Assembly: GCA_038257035.1 (NCBI GenBank)
Contig: JBBSJT010000074.1
Location: forward strand, 1 to 11,909
DNA length: 11,909 nucleotides
Direction of reading: 5' to 3'
DNA from: Chlamydiia bacterium
Lineage (GTDB): Bacteria > Chlamydiota > Chlamydiia > Chlamydiales > Parachlamydiaceae
Shown: positions 1-7,818 of the stretch, in pieces
Numbering within the stretch: the first letter of the stretch is position 1
How the letters are laid out: the number at the start of each line of letters is the position of its first letter
Position numbers and translations under genes: made by a program
The notes under the pieces: model-generated
What the model was told of the DNA's origin: nothing
Database searches by the model: none
The model's input: the letters and a program-made list of their open reading frames with translations, nothing else

Positions 1-1
1 T

Positions 2-109
2 CAGGCCTTCAGCCTGAAAAGACGGTTTTTCAGGGCAAAGCCCTGGTTTATGAAAGCCTAGGGCAACGCCCTAGGTATCAGGATGTTATGGTCGCAGGCT
101 GAAGGCCTG
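2..109. repeat. REP/REPIN-like composite palindromic element (may be cut by the window start)
   Basis: Perfect 15-bp inverted repeat CAGGCCTTCAGCCTG (2-16) / CAGGCTGAAGGCCTG (95-109). It encloses two related hairpins, CAGGGC-AAA-GCCCTG (31-45) and CCTAGGGC-AAC-GCCCTAGG (57-75). GC-rich in an AT-rich intergenic context. Confidence 0.7.
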
Positions 110-220
110 CTTTATAATTACTCTTCTTAGCTTAATGCGTCTTTGCGCCTTTGCGTTAAAAAAAGTTAAAAAAAGTGCAATTTTTAAGTTTTGAGTAGAA
201 AGTGTGTATGTTAATATTGC

Positions 221-1045
221 TTAACTTGGTTTTGATAACTTCCATTTGGTGCGTGTATAGGCAATTCGAAAACCATTTTTTTCAGCATTCATCTGAGATT
301 GGCTGCCGGGATCTGCTACAAGCATTGCCAAAGTACATCCGCTCTCTATTGCATCATTTAAGCGCGCTTCAATCAAAGCGCTTTGCCCGCCTTTTTTTCT
401 TCCTTCAGGTATAGTGCTATCTGATGCAAGAAGAGCAACGTCATCATAAATATAAAGAAGGCCTGTTGAAATGGGCTTATCGTTAAAGTGAACAAAATAA
501 GGAGTTGCCCCAACACTTTTACAAGATAATTGACTATAGTTGTACATTAAATCTTTGATATCGCCCGCATCCTGGCACCATCCTTCAACACTTGTTAATG
601 CCCAAAGATTCTCCTCACCATCCTTCATTTTTCTTGAACTGATCATAGATTCAACTTTAGTTTTTTTTTCATCTTTATTTGAAAGCTGTTTATATAGAAT
701 ATTGGTCAATTCAATTGGCTGATACCCTTTTTTAACGAGGATCTCCAAAAGGACAGGATCTACCATTGGACTAACCTCATGACAGACAGATGCATTTAAT
801 CGATTGTAAAATTCTTCTATAATTTCAAGATCAGCTTCTATTGAGGAACTAAAAAGACCAAGACCAAAAGTTTGTGTAAAAAAGGATTCTGCCCCATCAT
901 ACATTGCGTATGTTCCATTAACATCAATCCATTCAGCTTGACTATCAGGGACCATTTTTATTCGGGATTTTATAAATTCAGCATTCGCAAAAGCTTCAGT
1001 TCGTTCAAGTTTCTGTGAAAGCAATTTATTCGAACGGTAAATCAT
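221..1045 (-). CDS. GNAT-family N-acetyltransferase (274 aa, C-terminal GNAT domain)
   Basis: C-terminal acetyl-CoA-binding motif A-like 'STIPEGRKKGGQSALIEARL' and motif B-like 'SQSQMNAEKNGF'. The ATG overlaps the upstream stop (ATGA, 1045-1042). Confidence 0.85.
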   Translation of the reverse strand: MIYRSNKLLSQKLERTEAFANAEFIKSRIKMVPDSQAEWIDVNGTYAMYDGAESFFTQTFGLGLFSSSIEADLEIIEEFYNRLNASVCHEVSPMVDPVLLEILVKKGYQPIELTNILYKQLSNKDEKKTKVESMISSRKMKDGEENLWALTSVEGWCQDAGDIKDLMYNYSQLSCKSVGATPYFVHFNDKPISTGLLYIYDDVALLASDSTIPEGRKKGGQSALIEARLNDAIESGCTLAMLVADPGSQSQMNAEKNGFRIAYTRTKWKLSKPS

Positions 1046-1605
1046 TTACTTTCCCCATGTATTGTTTTTTTAGCTAATGAAATATGAAAATTATTGCCTA
1101 ATAACTTAGAAGGTAATCCATATTTTTCTCTTAATTCTTCAAGTTCAGGGGATTCCACTTCTAAAATCGCATAACTTACACCATCGACAACGTTTATAAT
1201 TTTAATATCATTGATAGTGAAATGAAAATATTGACCCACTTCTTTTGGTTTAATCTGTTCATTTTCGTAAAACACGCTTATGTGTGCTCCCGGGGCTTCT
1301 TTATTACGAAAATAAGGTGGTTCAACATAACCTAATTCTTTTAATCCAAGCATTGGAAATAGAGTGTGCACATAGCGGTCATCAACTTTTAAATAAACAT
1401 AACCGTCAGATTTTAGAACAAGTTGTCCATCAGTTGGTAAATGCTCTTTTGCATATTTTACAGCCTCATCCCATAATGGATTCATTGTATAGGATGTAGA
1501 GTCCTTATCATCTTTATATGTACCATCAGGTATGCCTTTAAAGGCAATGACACCTAAAATAATAGCCAGAAAGATGTATCTTAGATATTTAAAATTTTTT
1601 AACAT
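1042..1605 (-). CDS. Putative 2H phosphoesterase-superfamily protein with N-terminal signal/membrane anchor
   Basis: Two HxS motifs, GAHISV (H108) and FHISLA (H174). Basic then hydrophobic N-terminus (KYLRYIFLAIILGVIAF). Confidence 0.6.
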   Translation of the reverse strand: MLKNFKYLRYIFLAIILGVIAFKGIPDGTYKDDKDSTSYTMNPLWDEAVKYAKEHLPTDGQLVLKSDGYVYLKVDDRYVHTLFPMLGLKELGYVEPPYFRNKEAPGAHISVFYENEQIKPKEVGQYFHFTINDIKIINVVDGVSYAILEVESPELEELREKYGLPSKLLGNNFHISLAKKTIHGESK

Positions 1606-1734
1606 TTGTCCCCATCTTAGTCCGTTTTGTGCTGCCCGCGGTATCGCAAAGTAACCACAATTTTAAAATGCATTTTAATGAAGGGGTAATTTAATGTATT
1701 GCAAAATAATTACAAACCATTCAATTTACGAGCT

Positions 1735-2142
1735 ATGATCGTCACCCAAGAAAAAATAAATCAGCTGCAAAAACGCATGAAAATTTTGAATATTCATGAT
1801 AATGATCTGATTGAAAAATTCATTTTAGGCTCCGGCACCGGCGGACAAAAAATTAACAAGACAAGCTCTTGTGTCTATCTAAAACATATTCCAAGTGGAA
1901 TACAGCTCAAATGCCAGCAAACCCGCTCGCGTGAATACAATCGCTACCTTGCGCTGATTGCTCTTTGTGAGCGCCTTGAAAAAAAAATGAGCGATGAAAT
2001 AAACGCAAAAATTCACGAAAAAGAAAAAATCAGACGTCAAAATAAAAAGCGTACCTATTCAAATCAGGAAAAAATGTTGGAAGGAAAAAGAATTCGCTCC
2101 AAAACAAAAAACTTACGTGCCCGTTTCAAACACGACGACTAA
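1735..2142 (+). CDS. Peptide chain release factor-like protein (RF-1 GGQ domain; ArfB/C12orf65-like peptidyl-tRNA hydrolase)
   Basis: 'GSGTGGQKINKTSSCVYLKHIPSGIQLKCQQTRSREYNR' GGQ domain, no codon-recognition domains, basic C-terminal tail. ATG at 1735 preferred over TTG at 1699. Confidence 0.9.
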   Translation: MIVTQEKINQLQKRMKILNIHDNDLIEKFILGSGTGGQKINKTSSCVYLKHIPSGIQLKCQQTRSREYNRYLALIALCERLEKKMSDEINAKIHEKEKIRRQNKKRTYSNQEKMLEGKRIRSKTKNLRARFKHDD

Positions 2143-2209
2143 TACAACTTTATATACGTTCTACTTTAATCTAAAAAAAAATCTTAAAGCAATTGCCACA
2201 GCCTATATG

Positions 2210-2340
2210 ATTTTTTACAGGATATGCACGATCGCTTCGCGGCACGATAAGCAAGATAATTTCAACCCCCAGTAATACAATGGGTTGAAATTATCTTGCT
2301 TATCATGCCGCGAAGCGATCGTGCATATCCTGTAAAAAAT
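2210..2340. repeat. Long near-perfect inverted repeat (59-bp arms, 13-nt loop, 1 mismatch); MITE-like/palindromic element
   Basis: 2210-2268 is the reverse complement of 2282-2340 except C2245/A2305. It lies between convergent genes. Confidence 0.9.
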
Positions 2341-2437
2341 ATCATTGATATAATTCGAGTGAGATTGGCATAGTTTTTTCACTTTCCAGTAGCACCAGTA
2401 TATCTAGAGTTACTTGAAAGTGAAAAAACTACGCTAT

Positions 2438-3508
2438 CTAATCGCAAAGATAGGCCTCAAGAAGGTCAGCACACTGTTTCAAACTATCTTGATGAGCAAT
2501 TTCATAACCATGGGTATTTTCAACAGGAAAGCAGATCAAAGCAGCTTTTGCAGATTGACCCCTGCTATAGGCTAAAGAGGCATCAGAACCATAACTTCCA
2601 AAAATTGCTCTTTGCGGTGTCTGTCCTAATTGTTCTGCTAAAATTGTCATCCGATCACATGTTCTTTTGTCATAAAGAGCAATGGCATCTTGATAAACAA
2701 TGATCGGGGATGCATTTAAAACAGTACCATATTCTTTTGCAACGGGGCCAACATCGATTGCAAGAGTAATGCCTTCAGGCAAAGTTTTTGCAGCATATGA
2801 AGCTCCATGTGCTCCAACTTCTTCTGTACAGGTAGCTACAAAATAGATATCTTTTTTTGGTCTTCTATTTTTTTCTTTGATCTGTTTAAAGGCCATCAGG
2901 GCAATGGCAATTGAAGCGCGATTGTCCAGGAAATAACTTGCAATGCAATCTTGAAAATGGTGGACTTTTCGCATGTTTTGCCCGACAACAACCCTTGTGC
3001 CGGGATGAACTCCGGCCTCTTTCAATTCGGCAGGTGACATTCTGGTCACAACTTTAATATCTTCCCATGCAGGTGTTTTTCCAAGTCCACGATAATCTTC
3101 AGGAGTCATTTTATTAATTTCCGGAGTTTCTTTAGTTGTATGCATGGAACCAAACGAAAGAATTCCGGTAAAACATTTTTTGTCGCCCATCACATCAACA
3201 GGACCTTGGCCAAAATTAAAGGTGTGCAAACCACCCAATGGGTTGACACGCAAGGATCCATCCTCGTTGATTCTTTTGACAATCAAAGAAAGTTCATCCA
3301 TATGAACCATTAAATTGATTGATTCTGAAGTGTTATTATCGCTTCCTGCAACTTTTCCGATTAAATTTCCTGCAATATCGATCCACATCTCATCAACGAG
3401 GGGTAACAGTTCTTTTTCGCAAAGCGTGCGAACTTCATCCTCTTGTCCGCAAGGCCCTTTAGCAGTGACTAATTCTTGAAGGAGATCGAAAATTTGATTG
3501 TTTTTCAT
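2438..3508 (-). CDS. M42-family metallo-aminopeptidase (M20/M28/M42 clan)
   Basis: Metal-ligand motifs HMDE, LDNR, TEEVG, AIDVG and NTHGYE. N-terminal 'GPCGQEDEVR'. 356 aa. Confidence 0.9.
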   Translation of the reverse strand: MKNNQIFDLLQELVTAKGPCGQEDEVRTLCEKELLPLVDEMWIDIAGNLIGKVAGSDNNTSESINLMVHMDELSLIVKRINEDGSLRVNPLGGLHTFNFGQGPVDVMGDKKCFTGILSFGSMHTTKETPEINKMTPEDYRGLGKTPAWEDIKVVTRMSPAELKEAGVHPGTRVVVGQNMRKVHHFQDCIASYFLDNRASIAIALMAFKQIKEKNRRPKKDIYFVATCTEEVGAHGASYAAKTLPEGITLAIDVGPVAKEYGTVLNASPIIVYQDAIALYDKRTCDRMTILAEQLGQTPQRAIFGSYGSDASLAYSRGQSAKAALICFPVENTHGYEIAHQDSLKQCADLLEAYLCD

Positions 3509-3569
3509 TAAACTCGAGAAGGGTTAAATTGTTAACTTATAAAGGTATCATGTTTAACAATTTTTGGGA

Positions 3570-3596
3570 ATGAAGAATAGGGGTCTTTAAGACCCC
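3570..3596 (-). terminator. Probable intrinsic terminator of the 3611-4168 gene
   Basis: Hairpin GGGGTCT-TAA-AGACCCC on the minus strand (3596-3580), followed by T-rich TATTCTTCAT, 15 nt after the stop codon. Confidence 0.55.
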
Positions 3597-3610
3597 AGAA
3601 TAATTTATTA

Positions 3611-4168
3611 TTATTTGATTTCTCTTAATTTAAAGTAAATTCTGGAATCATCTGAAGAAACGACCATGTTAAAAATTTTGCCGTAATAAGGGTTAAATCC
3701 AATTTTTGTAGATGCCGGAACGATGCATTCTGTAACCATTGAATGGACAATGCTATCTAAAGCCAAATTTATCAATTTTGTTGGCGTCAACCACGAAATT
3801 ACAATCCCATTATCAACCGATAGATAATTTGAAATGTCTGTATAGATCCCGTCTGCATTTTGCATGTTTAAGAAAGATGCTGAGCAAGTTCCTACCTTTT
3901 CATTAGTATATGAATTATAAAGTGCAGCTCTTCCTGCTAGGTATGAAGAAGCTATAGTTGTACTACTACTTGAAACATTGGAAGTCGGGATTTCAATAAA
4001 ACTATCAATAAAATCTTGGATAATTAAATAGTAGGACAAATTTTTATGTTTGCAACTTTTATGCCAATTTTTATCAACGCCATCATTTTCGCTATATGTA
4101 AAAGAAGGTACACAAACAAGTAAAAGCAGTAGTAAAGTAGGTAAAAAAGCTTTTTTTAAAATAAACAT
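3611..4168 (-). CDS. Exported hypothetical protein (possible beta-barrel, allene-oxide-cyclase/dirigent-like)
   Basis: ATG at 4168 preceded by a GGAGAG RBS. Signal peptide MFILKKAFLPTLLLLLLVCVPSFTYS. Beta-rich mature part. The fold guess is weak. Confidence 0.7.
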   Translation of the reverse strand: MFILKKAFLPTLLLLLLVCVPSFTYSENDGVDKNWHKSCKHKNLSYYLIIQDFIDSFIEIPTSNVSSSSTTIASSYLAGRAALYNSYTNEKVGTCSASFLNMQNADGIYTDISNYLSVDNGIVISWLTPTKLINLALDSIVHSMVTECIVPASTKIGFNPYYGKIFNMVVSSDDSRIYFKLREIK

Positions 4169-4324
4169 GATTCTCTCCAATTTTTGAATGGGTTTTGTTG
4201 TATAGTCAAAATCTATATATTTAAATTTTAATTTAAGCTCAATCTCTTTTCTTCCCTTTCAATTATAAGAGGTTGCTTACAAAAAAAGCAGCTGATAATA
4301 TCTTAAATTTAACCGGAGATTTAA

Positions 4325-4822
4325 ATGAAATTTTTTACAACGTTACTTTTAGCCTGCACTACATTTTTTGGATGCGCACATGCAGCTGAAGAGACAGAAC
4401 ACTTGTCCTATTATTGGAGCGGTGATGTGGATGATCTAGATCTTTATATAAAAATTCAAAACGGTCTTGAATTTCCTGATGAATATAAGACAACTAATTA
4501 TTTTAATGGTGCATCCTGTGAATTTGTTATTAGGCCAATTCCAGGCGTTGCTGTACTTTCAGAGGAGGGTGATGAACTATCCAAGATTAGATTTAAAGTC
4601 GTAGTATTGAATACTGATCACCCTAACCGAGTAATTTGTAAAATCTTCATAACCAACTGTTATAATGGGATATTCTCTTATAAAACTTCAGAAATATCCA
4701 CCGAAATTGTATTGCATACTCCCTCGATTGATACTTCAGAACCGGCAGTCTTATACTTTCTTGAAGACAGCTACAATGAAAGAGTTATCACTTTTAAAAA
4801 CCTCTTTCCCTGCCTTATATAA
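4325..4822 (+). CDS. Exported hypothetical protein
   Basis: GGAG RBS about 6 nt upstream. Signal peptide ending in AHA-A. 165 aa, no family recognised. Confidence 0.75.
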   Translation: MKFFTTLLLACTTFFGCAHAAEETEHLSYYWSGDVDDLDLYIKIQNGLEFPDEYKTTNYFNGASCEFVIRPIPGVAVLSEEGDELSKIRFKVVVLNTDHPNRVICKIFITNCYNGIFSYKTSEISTEIVLHTPSIDTSEPAVLYFLEDSYNERVITFKNLFPCLI

Positions 4823-4929
4823 AATCGACTCTAACAAGCTCGATTTATCGGGCTTATTATTTTGAACTTTAGTTCAAAATGTAGCGTAGGCTTTAGCCTG
4901 CGTTTGTTTCAACGGGTTTTAACCCGTTG
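4822..4929. repeat. Cluster of four tandem hairpins including GTAG-type REP-like units
   Basis: AAATCGA..TCGATTT (4822-4846); ATTTTGAACT-TT-AGTTCAAAAT (4859-4880); GTAG-CGTAGGCT-TT-AGCCTGCG (4881-4902); CAACGGGTT-TT-AACCCGTTG (4910-4929). Confidence 0.7.
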
Positions 4930-4960
4930 CTGTTAATATAAAAAAACAAGCAAAAATCAA

Positions 4961-5395
4961 ATGAAAATATTTCTAATCATTTTAATGGAATTCGTATCTT
5001 TGAGCCTTATAGCAACAGAACCCAATTTTTACATATCAAAGGCAAAAAGCCTTCTTGAATGGAATAAAGAACATTTAACAAACCAATCATCTCTTAATGT
5101 CGATGATATAGTAGAACTGTTTGCCCCTGAATTCTTAATTGTGGCAAACGGAAGAAAATACAATGCTAATTACCAAAGCTATTATGAATTTCTTAATAAG
5201 TTTCGCGCCGATATTGATACAATAGATTATGATGTCCAAGAATATCTCAGCACTCAAAACACCATTGTTATGCCTTTAAGAGCAACAGTAAAACGATCAG
5301 TTGGAACAATGGAAGTGTTCGAGGCGATTATGCTTATCAAATACAACAATTTTGGCAAAATCATCCACTGGCAAGAAGTCTACTCTAAACTTTAA
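4961..5395 (+). CDS. NTF2/SnoaL-like domain protein with probable signal peptide
   Basis: 'DDIVELFAPEFLIVANG' and terminal 'IKYNNFGKIIHWQEVY' match the NTF2-like pattern. Hydrophobic N-terminus. Confidence 0.75.
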   Translation: MKIFLIILMEFVSLSLIATEPNFYISKAKSLLEWNKEHLTNQSSLNVDDIVELFAPEFLIVANGRKYNANYQSYYEFLNKFRADIDTIDYDVQEYLSTQNTIVMPLRATVKRSVGTMEVFEAIMLIKYNNFGKIIHWQEVYSKL

Positions 5396-5416
5396 GGAAA
5401 AAATTTAAACATTGTT

Positions 5417-6958
5417 CTAATTTGAATAGAGATTATCAATTGCAGGCCCTGTTATCACATGCCCACATCCATCAAATCGGGAACCATGTAATGGACAGTC
5501 CCAACTTTTTTCTCCATTATTCCAGCGAAGACAACCACCCAAATGAGGACAAAAAGCTGAATTAATATGAACTTTATTTTCAATATCTTTAAAAACAGCA
5601 ATTTTTTTAACTCCCTCTCTCAAAATAATTCCCTCATTTGGCGCTAATGCATCGACTGTTTTAATTTCCCCGGGAGTAAACCAATCTTTTAATTGAGCGA
5701 TTGTATTGATATTTTCTTCAAAATATTCTGCGACCGTTGATAATGTTTTACGAGAGGGGTCATATAGATTTTTCCAAGGGTTATTCTTTCCTAGAATAAG
5801 ATCCGGTATTAAAATTCCCGCAATAGTTCCGTGAGTTATTCCATTGCCGGAATCGCCGGTGGCAATATAAATATTTTTATCTAGGGGATTATGTCCGATA
5901 AAGGCTAATGAATCGACAGGCTCAAAGACTTGTCCTGACCAGCGATACTCAATCTTTTCTAACATTGGAAAACGCACCCTAGCCCATTTTTCTAAGTGAT
6001 CATATTTTTCATTAATTGCTTGATCTTGACCTGTTTTATGATCTTCTCCACCCACTATCAACCAATCTAGGTTTGGATTGGTTAGATTCTTCTGAATGCG
6101 GATGTAATGGTAGGGGTCGGGTGTATCCCAATAAAGTCCTTTAGGAACAGAATCTTTGGGTACTGATGCAGCAATGACATAGGTACGATAAGCTGCTTGC
6201 TTGGTATGAATAAAAAAACGATTGTTAATGGGTGTGCAAGTTGCAACGATGACAGAACTAGATTCGATTTTGGCACCTGTAGATGTCTTTACTAAACAAG
6301 GAGTACCATCTTCAATATGGTTTACATGGGTATGGCAAAAAATTTGCCCGCCATTTTTTAAAATCGCTTTTATAAGGCCCTGCAGATACTTTAAAATATG
6401 AAATTGGGCCTGTCCGGGAAAACGCAAACAAGGCCCCGTATCAAAAGATTTAAAAGGCGCACGAGGCACCATCTGAACTTCCATTCCCGTTTTTTCTATG
6501 GCAGCAAACTCTTCATCTAAAATTTCTTTAGAATCTTCCGGTGGAACAAAAAGATAACCATCCACTCTTTCAAAATCACAATCAATTTGCTCTTCAAGAA
6601 CAATTCTTTCAATAGTGTCAATTGCTGATGAATGACTCATTGCAATAAGTTTAGAGGCTTCTTCACCAAATATTTTTTCCAAATCATGATAGCGATCATC
6701 AAGAACCCATGTTAGATGGGCTGTCGTACGAGCGGTTTCACCCCCGGCAATAGCTCCTTGATCTAAAATAACTACAGATTTTCCAAGCTTTGCTAGCGTG
6801 TAAGCACAAGTAAGCCCTACAATACCGGATCCCACAATACATACATCTACATTCAAATCCTTGTCTAGAGGGGGAAAAGAAGGTAGAGGAACCTCCATCC
6901 ACAAAGATTGACTCGTGCCGGTATTATTGCTAATTTCTTGGGTTTCTAGATGTGTCAT
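5417..6958 (-). CDS. FAD-dependent oxidoreductase (DAO family) with C-terminal Rieske 2Fe-2S domain (YhfW-like)
   Basis: Rossmann motif DVCIVGSGIVG, GGETARTTAH, GDSGNGITHG. Rieske ligands CPHLG and WDCPLHGSRF. Confidence 0.93.
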   Translation of the reverse strand: MTHLETQEISNNTGTSQSLWMEVPLPSFPPLDKDLNVDVCIVGSGIVGLTCAYTLAKLGKSVVILDQGAIAGGETARTTAHLTWVLDDRYHDLEKIFGEEASKLIAMSHSSAIDTIERIVLEEQIDCDFERVDGYLFVPPEDSKEILDEEFAAIEKTGMEVQMVPRAPFKSFDTGPCLRFPGQAQFHILKYLQGLIKAILKNGGQIFCHTHVNHIEDGTPCLVKTSTGAKIESSSVIVATCTPINNRFFIHTKQAAYRTYVIAASVPKDSVPKGLYWDTPDPYHYIRIQKNLTNPNLDWLIVGGEDHKTGQDQAINEKYDHLEKWARVRFPMLEKIEYRWSGQVFEPVDSLAFIGHNPLDKNIYIATGDSGNGITHGTIAGILIPDLILGKNNPWKNLYDPSRKTLSTVAEYFEENINTIAQLKDWFTPGEIKTVDALAPNEGIILREGVKKIAVFKDIENKVHINSAFCPHLGGCLRWNNGEKSWDCPLHGSRFDGCGHVITGPAIDNLYSN

Positions 6959-6973
6959 AAGATCCTTTAACTG

Positions 6974-7378
6974 TTAAGCATCATATTTGGAGCTCAAACG
7001 TGCAAGAGCTAATGCTCCTAATAATAGACCAAAATCGCTTAGCGCAATATTATAAAAGTTTTGAAGAAGTAGTAAATTGATAATGAGACCTAATAACCAA
7101 AACATAGCTATATACGCAAAGATTCTTGGTTTTAGCAAAACACCGATTCCGATGATGATCTCGGCCACACCCATTACCAACATGGTTGTATGTGCGTTGT
7201 TAAAAACATTGAATGGTTCAGCAAGATACATTTCCCAGTTGGTTAGATAATTATAAAATTTATCTATTCCGCCTATAATAGAAGTCAATGCGTAGGCCAA
7301 ACGTAAAATTTGATAGGCTTGGTAGCTCGACCCTTTATATACTTCTTTTTCTGATTTAATCTCTTTTGGAGCTACCAT
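6974..7378 (-). CDS. DoxX-like membrane protein
   Basis: Four hydrophobic segments with GGIDKF, GVAEIIIG and 'YNIALSDFGL' motifs. Ends 15 nt upstream of the oxidoreductase, so probably co-transcribed. Confidence 0.75.
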   Translation of the reverse strand: MVAPKEIKSEKEVYKGSSYQAYQILRLAYALTSIIGGIDKFYNYLTNWEMYLAEPFNVFNNAHTTMLVMGVAEIIIGIGVLLKPRIFAYIAMFWLLGLIINLLLLQNFYNIALSDFGLLLGALALARLSSKYDA

Positions 7379-7533
7379 GAAAACCTCTTTTTTATTAATT
7401 TAACCCTATAAAAAAGTCGATTAAATGTAAAAGATAATTTTAAAATTTCAATTTCATCCTTAGATGTTAAGGGTTTGTGTTAAAAAGTATTATATGTTAA
7501 TCTAATATCTTTAATTTAATAAAAGGAGTTATT

Positions 7534-7818
7534 GTGATTAGATCATATAGTGATTATTCCCAAGATCAACAATTAATTACTATTCAAAAGGAAGATACTC
7601 AAGAGCTCCTTGAAGGATCCTCCCATCTACTAGAAAAATTTATCCCAGAAATTTCAAATGTTATTATCTCATTTTTAAACTTTAAGGACCTTAGCGTTCT
7701 TGCTCAGGTAAATTCCCGCTCACATAACCTTGCAATAAGACAACTTATCTACCACGAAGGCAAAGCCGATCTGAAAACCGACAAATTAATCCGCTTCTTC
7801 AAAAACTTCACTTTATAA
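7534..7818 (+). CDS. Small F-box-domain protein (possibly a truncated effector)
   Basis: AAGGAG RBS before the GTG start. 'FIPEISNVIISFLNFKDLSVLAQVNSRSHNLA' fits the F-box consensus LPxEIxxxIxSxLxxxDLxxLxxVxR. Confidence 0.7.
   Translation: MIRSYSDYSQDQQLITIQKEDTQELLEGSSHLLEKFIPEISNVIISFLNFKDLSVLAQVNSRSHNLAIRQLIYHEGKADLKTDKLIRFFKNFTL

Noticed and set aside
202..1499. Plus-strand ORFs 202-414, 540-722 and 1284-1499
   Set aside because: Antisense shadows of the better-supported GNAT and 2H genes, with no motifs.
1663..1678. Perfect 16-bp palindrome TTAAAATGCATTTTAA between divergent genes
   Set aside because: Could be an operator, but it is almost all A/T in an AT-rich region, has no second copy and no regulator is nearby.
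2210..2340. Long hairpin read as a bidirectional terminator, retron msr/msd or CRISPR repeat
   Set aside because: The U-tract is on the wrong side on both strands, no reverse transcriptase is in the window, and there are no direct repeats with spacers.
3526..3563. 10-bp inverted repeat AAATTGTTAA-N18-TTAACAATTT upstream of the M42 peptidase
   Set aside because: Low-complexity AT-rich match with a long spacer. Cannot be separated from chance.
5417..7378. DoxX plus FAD/Rieske oxidoreductase as a novel system
   Set aside because: Both are widespread families and nothing in the sequence is unusual.
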